64,000 nt of DNA from Microbotryum violaceum (taxonomy: Eukaryota), in contig CDLV01000010.1 of the NCBI GenBank assembly GCA_001244265.2, positions 1,116,001-1,180,000 of the forward strand, in the 5' to 3' direction. The position numbers and the translations under genes are program-made. The notes under the pieces are model-generated. The model worked only from the letters and a program-made list of their open reading frames with translations, searched no databases and was not told the DNA's origin. Position 1 is the first letter of the stretch, and each line of letters opens with the position of its first letter. Shown here piece by piece: positions 26,008 to 39,339 of this stretch.

Positions 26008-29000
26008 TCAGTCCGAGCCGTTGAAGTCACTCGCGTCATCACCGTCGCCGCCATCGTCCTCGTCACTAAGCTCCATGTAAGCGGCCTTGGCCTTGGCTTT
26101 GTTCGATGCTGCTCGAGCTGCACGCGCCTTGGGTGCGACCTTGGCAGCAGACTCGATGTGGATCGACGAACCAGCGTCCGAGTCGTCATCCGAGAGCGTG
26201 AGCTGCTTCGACTTGACCGCCGCTTTGGGCTTGGACTTGGCCTGCATGGTCATCATGCGAGTCAGATCTAGTTCTTCTAGGCGACAACGAGGAAAATAAG
26301 ATACTCACAGCAGCCTTGGGCGATGCTTTGGGCTTCATCTTGGCGACGACGACCTTCTTCTTGATGATCGGCGTATCGTCGTCATCGTCACTGTCGTCGA
26401 GCCTGGCCGCAGCTTTCTTCTATGTACATCAAAGGGCCCCCAGAGCTTTGCCGCTCAGTACGCAGCCTCCCGGAAGAAAAAGCAAGAACCCTTGACCTAC
26501 CGCGATGGGAGCTTTGACAGGCTTGGCGAAAGAGGCATCAATATCGTCGTCGTCGTCACTCAAAGCGACTTGCTTCTTCGGCTTGGGTGCAGGTTTGGCC
26601 TTCTTCTTGGGCGTGTCATCGGCCTCACTCGACGCATCAACTACACGCTTCTTAGCTCCCGCCTTAGAAACCGCCGCGGCAGGTTTGGGCTTGGCCGCAA
26701 GATCGTCAACGTCCATCGCAACGGGGGCGGGCGTGGCGGACTGGGCACCAGAGGCGGAGTGGGTCAGCATCCGTTTGTGCAGAAGAAAGCTACGGCTTTC
26801 CTCGCTCACCTTCTTAACAACGAGTTCTTTGGCCTCAACGCCGAAATCGTCCTTGCCATCATCCGAAGGCAAAGTTTTCAGCTGTGGGCCGGAGGGTCGC
26901 TTTCTCCTTCAGCCTTCTGGAATGGAGAAGTCGATGTGATAGTCAAAACCACGCTCACCTTCTTGACCACCGGGGCCCGTTTCGTCGGCTTGGGCTTGTA
27001 TACAAAGTCTTCCTCGTCGCCATACACGTCCTCTTCATCCTCCGAGTAAGCCGCAGCCTTCTTGCCCTTCTTGGTCCCTTTACCCTTGGCCTTGGCCGCG
27101 CGCGACGCTTTCTCGTGCGCGACAGAATCGTGTTCGAGCAACTGCTCCCATTGGGCGGCAAAGGTCTCGAGGTCGTTGGACCACAAGTCCTTAGGCGAAA
27201 GCGCGAGCAAGGTGTTGAGGTCGTCATGCTTGGTCTTACATTCGGCCTCGAGGCGCTGGATCTTCTCTTTGGTCAAGCTGCGCAAGGCCATGCTGAGCAA
27301 GTAGTCGTAATCGCTATCCATGCCCGCGTCGGCATCAGCGTCCTCTTCGGCATCGGCCTGAACACCGGCGACAGCGGCTTTCTGAACCTTGGGGAACGGT
27401 CGGAACCCCTTGGCGCGCAACTCTTGAACGATATCGGCCGTCGATCGATTGTCGAGCGTCAACTGCTTGGGCTTGCTGATCATCATCGAGATGAAGCGCG
27501 CCTGGTTTGACAACTTGTCGTGGATGTTGGTCAACTCGTCGACGAGGAAGGCCTTGCGCTTGTGGTAGTACTCGAGGCGCACGTCGTAGAAATCGTCGAG
27601 GACCTCTTCCGGGGTCGCGTACTTTTTGATCTTGCCCTGGGAGTCGAACATGACCATGTTGGAGATGCTGATCTTGTTCTGCATCTTAAAGCACTTTTCA
27701 AGGCCTTCCTTGCTTATCGCGTCCTTCCCCTTCTCCGTGAGGGTGATAATGAAGTGCACCGTCGTATCGGTGTGGTACTCTTTGTAGTCCTGCGAGATAA
27801 AGGGAGAGAACAGCTTCAGTCGACTGCGTGTATCAAGCTCTGGGCTCGAATCCCCTTCCTCACCTTGATCAAAGCGGGGGACTTTTCTGTCCCGACGACC
27901 CAGCTCTCGAGCATTTCCTTGTATGTCTGCGTCCAAGTGCGGATCGGCAACTCTGTAATTTCGACCGTCGCATCATCGAGGCGTTCGATATGACCGGTCG
28001 AGACGTAACCGTCCTTTTCGGTCTTCTCGATCGTGCCCTGTGGACGCCAATCGTTTATGTTTAGGTCGATATTGGATGAACTCTCGCACAACCGATTTGC
28101 ATTACTCACCTTGAATCCACGGTACCAAGGGTGCATCGGTTCCATCTCCTCACCTCTCATCTTGCGCCTTAAGTTGGCCACAATATCCGTCGGGTTGTAA
28201 TTGGGCACCGATGAACTCCATCCCGTTCCAATACCCTCCGAGCCATTGACCAAAGCCATGGGGATGATGGGGATGTACCAAGACGGCTCGATGCTTTGCC
28301 CATCATCGTTGAGGTATTCGAGCACGCTGTCATCAGCGGGATGGAAGACGCTACGCGTGATGGATGATACGTTCGTGAAGATGTAACGAGCCGAAGCCGC
28401 GTCTTTACCACCTTGCAGACGCGTACCAAATTGACCGTTCGGGTCGAGAATGTTGAGGTTGTTGGACCCGACGAACTGTTGCGCCAGGCCGATGATGGTG
28501 CCTTGCAAACTCATTTCACCGTGATGGTACGCCGAGTGCTCGGCGACGTAACCGCCCAATTGTCCGACCTTGATCTCCTGCGTCAACTTGCGCTTGAAGC
28601 AACCGAACAAGACCTTGCGTTGACCCGGCTTAAACCCATCAATGACAGAGGGAATAGAGCGCACGTTGTCGGCCATCGAGAAGAGGATCAACTCCTTGTT
28701 GATGAAATCCTCGATCGGGACTTCGGCGATGCTGTGGTCGAGGTACGTGCCGGGGACGAAGCCTCGGAGCCATTCCTTGCGGTTGTCGGCCTTCTTCTTG
28801 TTGAAGGCCATGTCGATCAGCTCGCGCTCTTCCTGCGTCGAAGGGCGGAACGGCAAGCGATGCTTGTCCATGTTGCCAAAGTACTTGACCGCGTCCCTGG
28901 CGTCACTCGTACCCAATCCCTTGAAGTACTTGATGCGCCATCCACGACCGTCATCGGTCACTTCCTTCCAGTGCTCGTACTGAGGAATTGTGAAAAATGA

Positions 29001-31993
29001 CAACTCCTTGTTCCCCTTGGTCGCCTTGACGATGGGGGTGATAAACTCGAGCAAGAAGCCCTTCAGCTTGAGCAACGAAGGGAACCAGTAATCGAGGAAG
29101 TTGATGATCAGACCCTTAATGTGCGATCCATCGTGATCTTGATCGGCCATGATCATGAGCTTGCCGTAACGGAGCGAGTCGACGTCGGTGTAAACTTTGC
29201 CCTGCTGCAGACCCAAGATCTGCTTGATCGCTTGAATCTCGGCATTGTCGAGGAGGGCTTTGCCCGCCGCTTCACGCACGTTGAGCAACTTTCCTCGCAA
29301 AGGGAAAACACCATAGTTGTCTCGACCGACGACAGCCAGACCCGAGACGGCGAGCGCCTTGGCGGAATCTCCTTCGGTCAAGATGAGCGTGCACTTGGAC
29401 CCGTTCCTCGTACCAGCGTTGTTCGCATCTTCGAGCTTGACGAGACCCGTGATACGCGATCGCTTGTGTCCGTCCGTCTTCTTGAGCATTTGGTCCTGCT
29501 TGAACTTGGCCCAATTCAAGACATTGTCGATTACGCCGGACCTCGCGACCTTTTTGAGGAAGTCGTCGTCGAGGACGCACTTGAATTTGGCGCCAAACTT
29601 GCTCACGCTTAAGGTCATGTTCTCCTTGGTCTGCGAGTCGAACGAAGGGTTCGGGATCTTGCAGTTGATAAAGACGGACAGGTGGTTCTTGATCTGGAAC
29701 GCCTTGACCGGTGCGGCCTTGTTCTTCTTCTTGATCAAATCGACCAAGCCCGACACGATCTGATCAGCGATATAGTTTACATGTGTTCCACCTTTGGTCG
29801 TCGCGATCGAGTTGCAGTACGACACCTGCGTAAACTGTCCATCCGACAACGCGAACGCGACCTCCCATTGCCCGAATTGGCCATAGATGACGCTGTTCTT
29901 CTTGCCCGCGGCCAAAGGATCGACGCCGACGAGGTCGAGGCTCTCGACCATGTCCTCGTTCTCGCCCGACTTCTTGGTGCTCGGCTTGGAAGCGGCCTCG
30001 ATGGCGGCCGTGTACATCTCGACGTACTGCTTAAAGTTTTTGAGCGAGAGCTTCTTTCCGTTAAGGTATACGTTAACGCCCTTGATGATGCCGGCCATAT
30101 CGTAAACACGCTTCGTCAACAAAGCGACAGTGTCGTCGTCGAACTCGGTCATGCCGAATCGAGCCAGGTCCGGATAGAACGTGATCTGTTCAGCACCGTG
30201 GGCATCTTAGCAACACTCGTATGGGTTGACGACGCGGAACCCAATCATGCTAACCCTGGTGTAGTCCTGTGCCTTGGTGATATCCTTCACGATCGGCTTC
30301 CCCTTGGTCCCCATATTGTTCTTGAACGTCTGCTTGTACGTCTTCATATCATTCGACGTCGCCGTTTCGACCACAAACTCGGTCGAGTAGATGTTGGCCA
30401 ACTTGGCTCCGTAACCGTTCCTACCACCGGTGACCTTCTCCTCCTCGTCGTCATAGTTGGAAGAGGTAAGCAGAGTGCCAAAGATCATTTCCGGGATCCA
30501 AACTTTCTCCGTCTTGTGCTCTTCGATCGGGATACCCGGCCCATCGTTCTCGACAACGATTTTCTTGTCCTCTCGGTTGATTGTCACTTTGATGTAGGAC
30601 ATTTCCGCATTCTTGGCCTAAAGGGGTTGCGCAATGCAGATATTCGGGTCAGATCGCTCGGAGGCTGGGATCGAATAGCGCGAAGGGCGTCGCTCTTACC
30701 TTGTTATCGGCAGCGTTGACCAAGATCTCATCAAAGATCTTGTACAATCCAGGAACGAACGTCGTTTGTCTAACGAAAATTTGCAGACAATCAGGCGAGT
30801 CAGCACGCCAAACCCGCTGCTGGTCCGACTGATCCGCCGAAGAACACAAGTAGCTCACCGGTTGACCAAGGTGCCGCCCGTTCCACCAGTGGTATCGGGG
30901 TCAAACACCCACATCTGCTGCGTGACAGCCTCGATCGACCCAATGTAGGTATCGGGACGTTTGAGCACATGTTCGAGTTGCGAGAGCTATCGTAAGATGA
31001 AACCCAGGCATCAGCTACGGTGGCTCTGATCTTGAAAACACGTGACGCGAGAGGATCCTGGCGAGTCCCGAGACGACGGAGGACAACGTACCTTGACATA
31101 AGTCTCGCTCGCGGACTTGGCCTTGGTCTTCTTGGTTGCCGAAGGAATCCTCATCTCCGGGACGTGATCATCGTCCTATCACCGAAAACAAAGGATTTGA
31201 TCAGCCTACGGACCCAATTGCCCAATTTGCCCGTGCCCAAGACCCGATTGGCCAACCCATCCAAGACGCTTCGAAACGAAACTGACCTCCATCCCATACG
31301 CCTCGTCTGCCGAAGAAGCACCGTTCGTATCGTGTTCCTGCAGAACCTTCTTCTTCTTGCCTGCTGCAGCGGCAGCGGCAGTCGCGGTCTTGGGTTTAGC
31401 CGCTGCTTTGGGTTTCGGTGCCGCTTTGGGAGCGGCGGTCTGATGAAAGGGGGAATGCAAGGGGAGTCGACGGGTTGGGTGTTGTGGGATTAGGCAGGTG
31501 CGTAGGAGGAACGGTAAAGGGGGTATCAGTCTAAAGCTCATGATTGAGCCATGGTATGCTCCCGTCCAGTCCGGGGGGGTAATGTTCAAGTCGTCGAGCG
31601 AGTCGAGCGAGTCGAGCGAGTCGAGCGAGTCGAGCGAAACAGAGCAGAAAACCGAGTCCATTGGCGCCGCTGGCCGCTGGCTCGGGTTGAGCGAAACGCG
31701 TTCGTCGCGCCAGCCTCCCTAAAGACCGCCGAGCCAACACTGAACACACTCCACACACACACGATCAACAAACCCCCGATTCCAGACCCAAAGAGCCTAC
31801 CTTCTTGGTCTTTGAAGCACCCCCCGCTACGTATGCGTCAGAAAAGTCCGACCCATCATCGACCATCTGCAAAGGGCGAATCGGAATCAGTCAACGCGAA
31901 CCGAGTCGGAACGAAGACGCGCACTCCTGGTGCAGTAAACTTGGAGTGAAAAAAGGTGGGAGGACTTGCGAAATCACTTTCATCCGAACTCAT
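26008..31993 (-). CDS. TOP2: DNA topoisomerase II
   Basis: LEHVLKRPDTYIGS, KIFDEILVNAADNK, GGRNGYGAKL, TEGDSAK, PLRGKLLNV, DQDHDGSHIKG, YFKGLGT, catalytic ASARYIFT, and an acidic/basic C-tail. First exon uncertain. Confidence 0.97.
31593..31637. repeat. Perfect 9-bp tandem repeat (gtcgagcga)x5 in a TOP2 intron
   Basis: Read directly from the sequence. Confidence 0.9.
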
Positions 31994-32280
31994 GTTGAAG
32001 CCAGAGGATGACGCGTTCGACGAGGTGCTGGGAGTCGAGCAGCCGTCCCAAAAACACACACACACACACGAACACACAAGCTAGAAAGTCAACACGCGCG
32101 TCGGCGGCTTGGGCGCGCGACAGCGCTTTCGACTTCGGTAAAGTACTAGTAGCACGCCTCTGCTAGTGTCTTCTTCCCATGACATGGCTCGAGAAAGAGT
32201 TCAACATTAAAAACATCACACGTCCTTTATTGCATTCCACCACAATCTAAAACAAACACCACTCCGTGTATTCCCCATCC

Positions 32281-35265
32281 TCACACCCACCTCTTCCCCT
32301 CCCCCCTGACAGGTCGGTCGTCTACCTTCTTCTCCTCCTTCGCCTTCACCGTCTCTTTCGAATCCCCCTTCTTCTGCTGCGTTGCCCCAATCGGATCCAA
32401 AAGCACCTTGATCGCCTCGTCATCCAACAAAGCCTGCGCCGGTGCGGACAATTTCGAATCATCGATGGTCGGTGATTTGTTAGCAAAGATCTGAGCCATT
32501 ACGGATTGCGGTGCCCTCTCCTCGGACGAGGTTGAGGTCGATGTGGACTCGGAGGGTTTGGTGGATGCTTTAGGGGTCAAAGTCGATTCGGCGTTGGAAG
32601 CAAACGATTCCGCTACAGGTGCCGGTACAGCCGATCCTCGAACCCCACTCGGATCCCTCTTGGCCTCAGCCTTTTCCGACCCGACCACTTCGATCGGCGG
32701 GATCGCATCCGCCTTTCCCATCGTCGGACTAGTCTTGTTCTCCGCGTTCGCCGACGCCAGTGTCGATCCGAACGACGCCAAATCCTTCAGCAACGCATCC
32801 AAATCGGCCTTCGCTTCCTTCAACGAATCCTCAAAATCCTTCTCCCCCACCGGTTTCGTCCCCTCCTCAGACTTTTCAGGAACAAACTTCTCAACGACCT
32901 TCTTCTCCTCCACCTCCTTCTTGGCCCGCCTCCCAGAGCCAACCAACTGACTCCAACTCTTGCCCTCCTCCTGAAGAATGACCATCAGTTCATCCTTGAT
33001 TTTCCTCGGCAAGCCGACCCCATGGTAAATGAAGCCCGTATAAACTTGTACGAGCGAAGCACCGGCCTTGGCGAAATCAACGGCGTCTTGACCCGATGAA
33101 ATCCCACCACACCCGACCAGAGGGATCTGGCCATCCGTCAACTCGTATAAAGTCGAAATCGCTTTCAATGCCAAAGGCTTGACCGGGGGTCCGGACAACC
33201 CTCCCGTCTCGGCCAAGACGGAGATCGTTTCAGTCGAAGCTGAAGAGTTCGAAAGGTCAGGTCTGGAAATGGTCGTATTGGAAACGATGATACCGTCGAC
33301 TTTGGAAATCTTGACCGCTTCGGCAATGTCCTCCAATTGCTTCGCGTCGACGTCAGGAGCGATCTTGACCAAGATAGGGGGCTTCTTCTCCCCCTTCAAG
33401 TCGTTCCTCGCTTGCACGACCCCGTTCAAAAGTTCAGTCATCATCCCCTTCCTCTGTAGATCCCTCAACCCAGGTGTATTGGGGGATGAAACGTTGATGA
33501 CCAATACGTCGGCATAGGGACCGAGACTGGTGACGCCCTTGACGAAATCCTCGATCGAATCAGGGTCAGAGGTCTTGTTCTTGCCCAAGTTGATACCAAG
33601 CACTCGACCGGGTTTCAAAGAACGAGGCAGGCCCAATCGATCAGCGACCAAGGCTTCTTTTCCTCCTTCCGAAGTCAACAAGCCTTCCACGACATCGCGC
33701 TCCGCACCGATCTGAATCGAATCCGTCGCTGCAGGAGGTGTAGGCAAGAAGTCGGCAGGCAAGTGCGCCTTCATCAGATGGACCCACTTCTCGAGCCGTT
33801 GTCGTAGTCGGCTCTGAACGATTTGGTGTCCTTCCGAGTTGAAGCCGTAGCGGTTGACGACGGCGTCCATCTCGGGGACACGGAAGAGGCGAGGTTTCGG
33901 GTTCCCTGGTTGGGGTTCGGGCGTAACGGAGCCGACTTCGACGTACGAGAAGCCGAGGTTGAACAGACCGTCGATGGCGACGGCGTGCTTGTCCCACCCT
34001 GCGGCCATACCGATGGGTGAAGAAAAGGTTTGCCCCCAGACCTATTGGAGATGGGGAAAGGTGGAGAGATCAGTCTTGGCGCGGATTCCTCTTTTTGGAC
34101 CAGGACAGAGGACTCACCTCGGTACTCAACAAGGCCGGATCATCCTCGCCACAATCGACGGGTGCCAAGCCAGAGGAAAGGAACTGGACGGCCCACTCGT
34201 GGGCTTGCTCCGGGTCGTTCTTGGTCAAGGCCATGACAGCGGGCAGGACGACCCATCTGTACGTTCAAACAGCGCTATGATCAGCTTCACTGTGATTACC
34301 TAGTGAGCACGGACGAGGGCATACCTATAAACGCCCGCTCTTGAATCATACGCATAGACCAAGAACGCCCCCGTGCCCAACAACAACAAAGTCGACTTGA
34401 TGAAAGAGACGACCTTGCTCGCCGTATCAGCGACGGCCTGACCCGTCTTGTTCGCCTCCTGCCCCGCCTTGTCGGCGGCAACCTTGGCGGCCTCAGCTGC
34501 GTCGTCTGCCTTTTCGGAAGCGATTCGTTTGGCTTGTCCTATAGCTTGGGCGACCTCGTCGGATGCGGTCTCGAGTGCTTCGGAGGTGTTTTGAGCGGTT
34601 CGAGTGGCCTTGTGCGAAACGAGGTCGGCGGTATCGGAAGCGAGTCGGGATACCTCGTTGGTCTTTTCCGAAACGATTTTTTGGCCATCTTTGGAAAGTT
34701 GTGCTACCTTGTCGGAAGCATCGGAAGCGAGTCGACCGGACTTGTCGACGACTTGGTCGGCCTTGTCCGAGACGACTTGGGCTGCGTCGTGGGCTTGATC
34801 CTTGGCTTGGGACGCGAGGTGGTGGGCCCGGTCGGATGCTTCTGCTGACTGTGAAGAGAGGTGAGAGGCGACTTGCTGCTTCTTGTCGTTGACGGCGTTC
34901 GAGGTGTGATTGACGGCGCTGGAAGCGACATCTCGATCGATCGGTTGAGAGGTGCTAGTGGTGGTGGTGGTGGTGGTGGGCTGAGCGACATGAACGTGGG
35001 TGGGGCTAGTAGTACCAACGGGTGAGACGTTGCTATGAGTCAGCTGCTCCACTTCGGCTGCTGCTGTTGTGGGCGAAGTGTGGTGTACAGGCTGGGCAGG
35101 TAGGCACGGAGCCGAGGTCGAGGAGGACTTGACGGTCGACGGGGTCGGTGGGTGGGTCGGAGCGGTAGGGAGAGTCGCCAACGAGTGTCGGGTGAAGTAG
35201 GTCGGCGAGAGCACCGCATGACGAGCTCGGGAAGCGGTGAGCGATCGTCGACCGAGGCGGAACAT
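32281..35265 (-). CDS. URA9: Class-2 (mitochondrial, quinone) dihydroorotate dehydrogenase with long N- and C-terminal extensions
   Basis: Three exons: presequence MFRLGRRSLTASRAR..., TM LLLLGTGAFLVYAYDSRAGVYR/WVVLP..DPEQAH, then PIGMAAGWDK, VEVGSVTPEPQPGNPKPRLFR, NRYGFNS, NLGKNK, NVSSPNTPGLR, KIAPD, NTT, GGLSG. Confidence 0.93.
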
Positions 35266-35509
35266 GCTCGATGAGAGGTGGGGTGCGCAGACGGAACAGC
35301 GTAGAGTGGACGCCGCTGGCCAGCAACTGAGCAGATCGCAGGCGGTCAATCTCGGCGAAATAGCCAGCACTCTAAAAGCCCATTAGAGCCGATTAGAGCC
35401 GATTGCTGCTCTATTTGCTACGGGCTGCGACCTCGCGCGGCACGTCCTTCCTCCTGTCCGCGTCTCGCTTTCTCCTCCGCTCTACACAACCCCAACCGCA
35501 CCACCCACC

Positions 35510-36182
35510 ATGGCCACTCCAACACGATTCGCCAAGTCGGTCCTACGGCGGAACCCCTTACTTTCCTTCCTCTCTCGCGAATCCCCGTCCTCGATCAACT
35601 CGATCGCCGCCGTCGCTGGACCATCCACCTCCACCTCGACGCCTTCCTTCCTCCCCTACACCTCGTCCAACCCCTCCCTCCCCTCCCCCTTCTCCCCGAC
35701 CAAGAAACCCGGCGATTCCAGACAATGGAACGCGCCCAAATACTCGCTCCGACGCCAAAAGAAGCTCTTCGTCTCCGCCGTCCAACAAGGCTACGACCCT
35801 TCCTCCCTCCTCCCACCACCGCACAAGAACCATCAACCTAAACCGGCAAGACCTCCCCTCAAGTTCAAGAGCTCGCCCTTCATTCCCGAGACGAGCGTGT
35901 TGGATCAGGTCCGCTTGACCAAGATGGGGCCTTACAAGGGCAGGAAAGCGTTGGCGTTCAAGGGCAAGATTTGGGAGAGGAACAAGCAACAACGCTTGAG
36001 TCAACTCGAGACCTTGTTGCAAGCTTCGCCCGTGAAGGAACGCACTTGGAGAGAAGTAAGTTCTGTCGTAAAGCTGATCTCGTAGCAGGCCGTTGACCGC
36101 TGACGCTATTTCTTTCTCTTGGTGCGCGTGCGCCCACTAGGGGTTGAAGGCCGAAAAGAAAAAGGGCAAGGCTGCTTTGTAG
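35510..36182 (+). CDS. MRPL25: Mitochondrial large ribosomal subunit protein mL59 (MrpL25)-like
   Basis: WNAPKYSLRRQKKL and GPYKGRK..FKGKIWER. One intron (~36056-36140); ends GLKAEKKKGKAAL*. Confidence 0.75.
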
Positions 36183-36855
36183 GGGGGGCTGGAATTTTAT
36201 ACGCCCGCATCTCCTGTATTGGATCCACGTCCACCCGTCGCGAAGAAGGGAGTGCGCCACGAGGGGGGCGAAGAGCCGCTTCAGTCATTGGGTCGATTGA
36301 ATCTGCAGCGGAACAAACAGTATGATGGAGCTCAGGATTCGCAATCACGCTTGAGAGTGACCACCGCCGGAGAGAAAGGAATGGGACCTCGCCTGGAAAC
36401 AAGTCAGGTGGGGTCATGGACTCAGGAGACCCGGCGCTACTATACTACAAACACCCAGAGTTTAATGTCTCATTTCTTCCACACTTTTTGAGAAGAAGGG
36501 GGAGACTGCTTCTCACGGGAGTGAAGTGTAGCCATTTTACATACCGAATCCGTCGGTGAAGCAGAGATAATGACTTGCCACGAGACGTGAATCACACGCT
36601 CTCAGAGGAACAAACTCGACCTCCTCATAACATTATGTCAAGGTTTCCCACTAGGTATGATTACAACAACCAAGGCTAATTCCAAGACGATGCAATATTC
36701 ACAAGGTATCGTACCCATTAGACCCATAAGCAACCCTTAAGCATGTTCCTCTCCTCACCCGATCCGAATCAACCTCATCCTCGAGAGTCACGCTCCGAGT
36801 CGTGCTCATCCTCAATCGCCGTGAACGTCACCTGCGTCGTCGCCGACCCTTGTCT

Positions 36856-38759
36856 TCAATCTCGATCATACCGACTTTCAAAGATGGAGAGATCTTTGAG
36901 ATCCATCTCTGGTGGTGTCGGTGGCGTCGTGTTAGGTGTAGTACCATGGCTTATGCTGGTGGGTGAGGGGATTTGGGTCCCTCCGCTTGGATGGGTATGG
37001 AAGAGCGTTGCGCCTGAACTGCCGTGTTGGGATTCCGGGACGGCTTCTATGTCAGATGGGGAAGAGATGAGAATATATTAGCATTCAGCTTGATGCGAAC
37101 ACCGACTCGACCTACGGAGCACACCCAAAAGAACGCAAGAGAACGCACCCAGAGAATCATTCCAAGACCCCGTCGAGATCTTGGTAGCCCCTTTCATCGA
37201 CCTCGCACCGACTCCTCCACCACCACCACCACTCAATACCCCCAAGCTTTCTCCACAATGCGACCCAGACGAAGAAGTCCCCATCAGATTCACCGACCGA
37301 ACCCCTCTCTCCTCCGAGCCAAGTAAACTCCCACTGACGCTCCCACTCCTCCCACTAAGCATCGAAGCCTGAAAATCGGCCATGCTTGGCCTTCGAACCG
37401 AAATCGTCGGTCCTAAGCCTTCCATCCCTCCTTGGGTAAATTGAACCATCCCTGCACCAGTCACTGCGGACCCTTTCCTTCGAAGGGAAGAGAAGGACAC
37501 GATATTCCTCGTCGAGGCGTAGACGAGACAATTGATCATTCCGCTCAGGGTGAACACACACCCCGCTGCTAGGGCGTAGTGGATCGGTGGGGTCTTGCCT
37601 GAGAGGAGGGCGAAACGGTAGACCGAGATGGGGAGAATCGTGATGAGGTACACTAAAGGGTAGATGAGCATGATCGCTGCGATGCGATTCGATCCTCCGA
37701 GATTCGCTCCTGCCTTCGTTGGTGCAGCGGTGGTACCGAATTTGTTGGATGAGGAAAGGGCTCGTCGCCTTCTTCGGACGATCTGGAAGGCGATGATGGA
37801 GTAGGCGATCAGGTTAATTCCGGCCACGAGGAAAACCCAAAAATAGTGTAACCACAGGCGCCAAATCTGGTGCGATTGCGCGATCCAACACCATCCACCG
37901 GCGATGCCGTAGAAGGGACTTTCTCGCGATCCAAATCGTGCAGGTCCGATCCCGGCCATGATTCCTGTAACAATCCAGACCGAAGCGACGGAACCGTAGA
38001 CGACTGGGGTCGGCGGTGTGTACGACAGCACAAAGATGGCTGAGTGAGATGAAAAGTAGACGTCGAGCATCAGCACGCTTTCATCAGAGCTTGAGTCCTC
38101 CTCGAACTTCGGCAACGTGGCGGCGACAAGGTTCGGGCTCACAAAAGATGAACAGCGCGATGGATAAAGATGAGAACGCCGATGCAAGATCGCCGATTTG
38201 AATAAAGACCGCTGTAATAACGTGCGACAGTTCCCAAGACAAATTTAGCAATTATGCCCACTGGGATTCGCTGGGAACAACCTCGAACGAGACCGACCTT
38301 GTGTTGTGCACGTCTCGTTCACGGGGCTTGGCAACCCTCCCCGTGCGATCCACGTCCAGTTCATGCTGAAGCCGATGGCTTGGAACAGATCTCCCGCAAT
38401 AAGGGATAGAAAGAAGAATCCATGATTTGACGTGAGGAACACGATCCCTCGCGAGGTTGATGCTCGTTCGCTCGCCGAGCGCCTGAAGTGGTGACAAACG
38501 AGCCAAGCGCTGTACAGCACCAATAGCAGAATCGACAGGACCGACAGCTGTTGAGAATGGATAGAGGTGCTTGTTCGTGTCAGCAAGTCGTACTTCCATG
38601 TGCCGAGACGCCATCGACCGGGCGGCGTCAATTGTCGAGTGACGATCCTCCTCTCCCCGGCCTCCCGCGGAGACCGAATCGACGACTCACCGATGCACAA
38701 GTGGCCACCGCGATCACGCCGGCGTGCTTGTCGCCCAGCGGGAGGTACCGAGTCGGCAT
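36856..38759 (-). CDS. Git3/Gpr1-like 7TM G-protein-coupled receptor
   Basis: FLSLIAGDLFQAIGF, CTTQG, FYGIAGGWCWI, RLWLHYFWVF, MLIYPLVY.ITILPISVYR, LSGMINCLVY. Gene ends approximate. Confidence 0.8.
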
Positions 38760-39339
38760 TCGTTGACTTCTGGTGGCAGGACCAGATGGCACCCCGAGCC
38801 GTCCCCCTTTTCTCAAGAACAGGGAAATGTAGATTGGCGGGATGCGAAGCTCAGGTGTTGGCGACAATAGGACTCGACGATTTCGACGAATGAGGATGGA
38901 CGACTCGGAGGATGGACGCGGGTGTGTCATCGTGTACACTACATTGCAGGGGCGCTCTCAACTCCAGCATACGGAGATTGGGGAATGGGAACTCGGTCGC
39001 GCTCGGACCTCTTTAGATTCTGACTTAGATTACCCGAGGCAGCGACTAGCGCGGCTCTCCCTCTCTTTTCCCTTAACGTTCCCTATCCTCTTCTACTCGG
39101 CATCTTCGTTTGCTCACTGCGCTGCTCCTCATAGGGTGAATTTAGCTCAATTGGATCCAGCGTCATGACCGTGATAGCGCTCGTTCGCGCAACGCGTCGC
39201 GCTGCATTCTCCTACAGGCAGCTGAAATACAAATTCTCATTCTCATTTCTCTGGCGCTTTGTAGACTAGCTGGGTTTCAAATTTTCATTCTCATTCTTGC
39301 GCCTCTCGCAGCCTCTCGCCCTCTGCTGGGGCCGCCATC

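Noticed and set aside
21533..30719. Long antisense ORFs (e.g. 21533-22450, 29682-30719)
   Set aside because: Shadow frames opposite GC-rich, codon-biased genes (CorA, TOP2).
31593..31637. Short direct repeats as a CRISPR-like array
   Set aside because: No spacers and a eukaryotic context; this is a simple minisatellite. The same applies to 25035 and 49796.
36856..38759. GPCR as a pheromone receptor or mating-type gene
   Set aside because: The motifs (WCWI, YP..Y) fit Git3/Gpr1-type receptors rather than STE3, and I saw no pheromone precursor or HD genes in the window.
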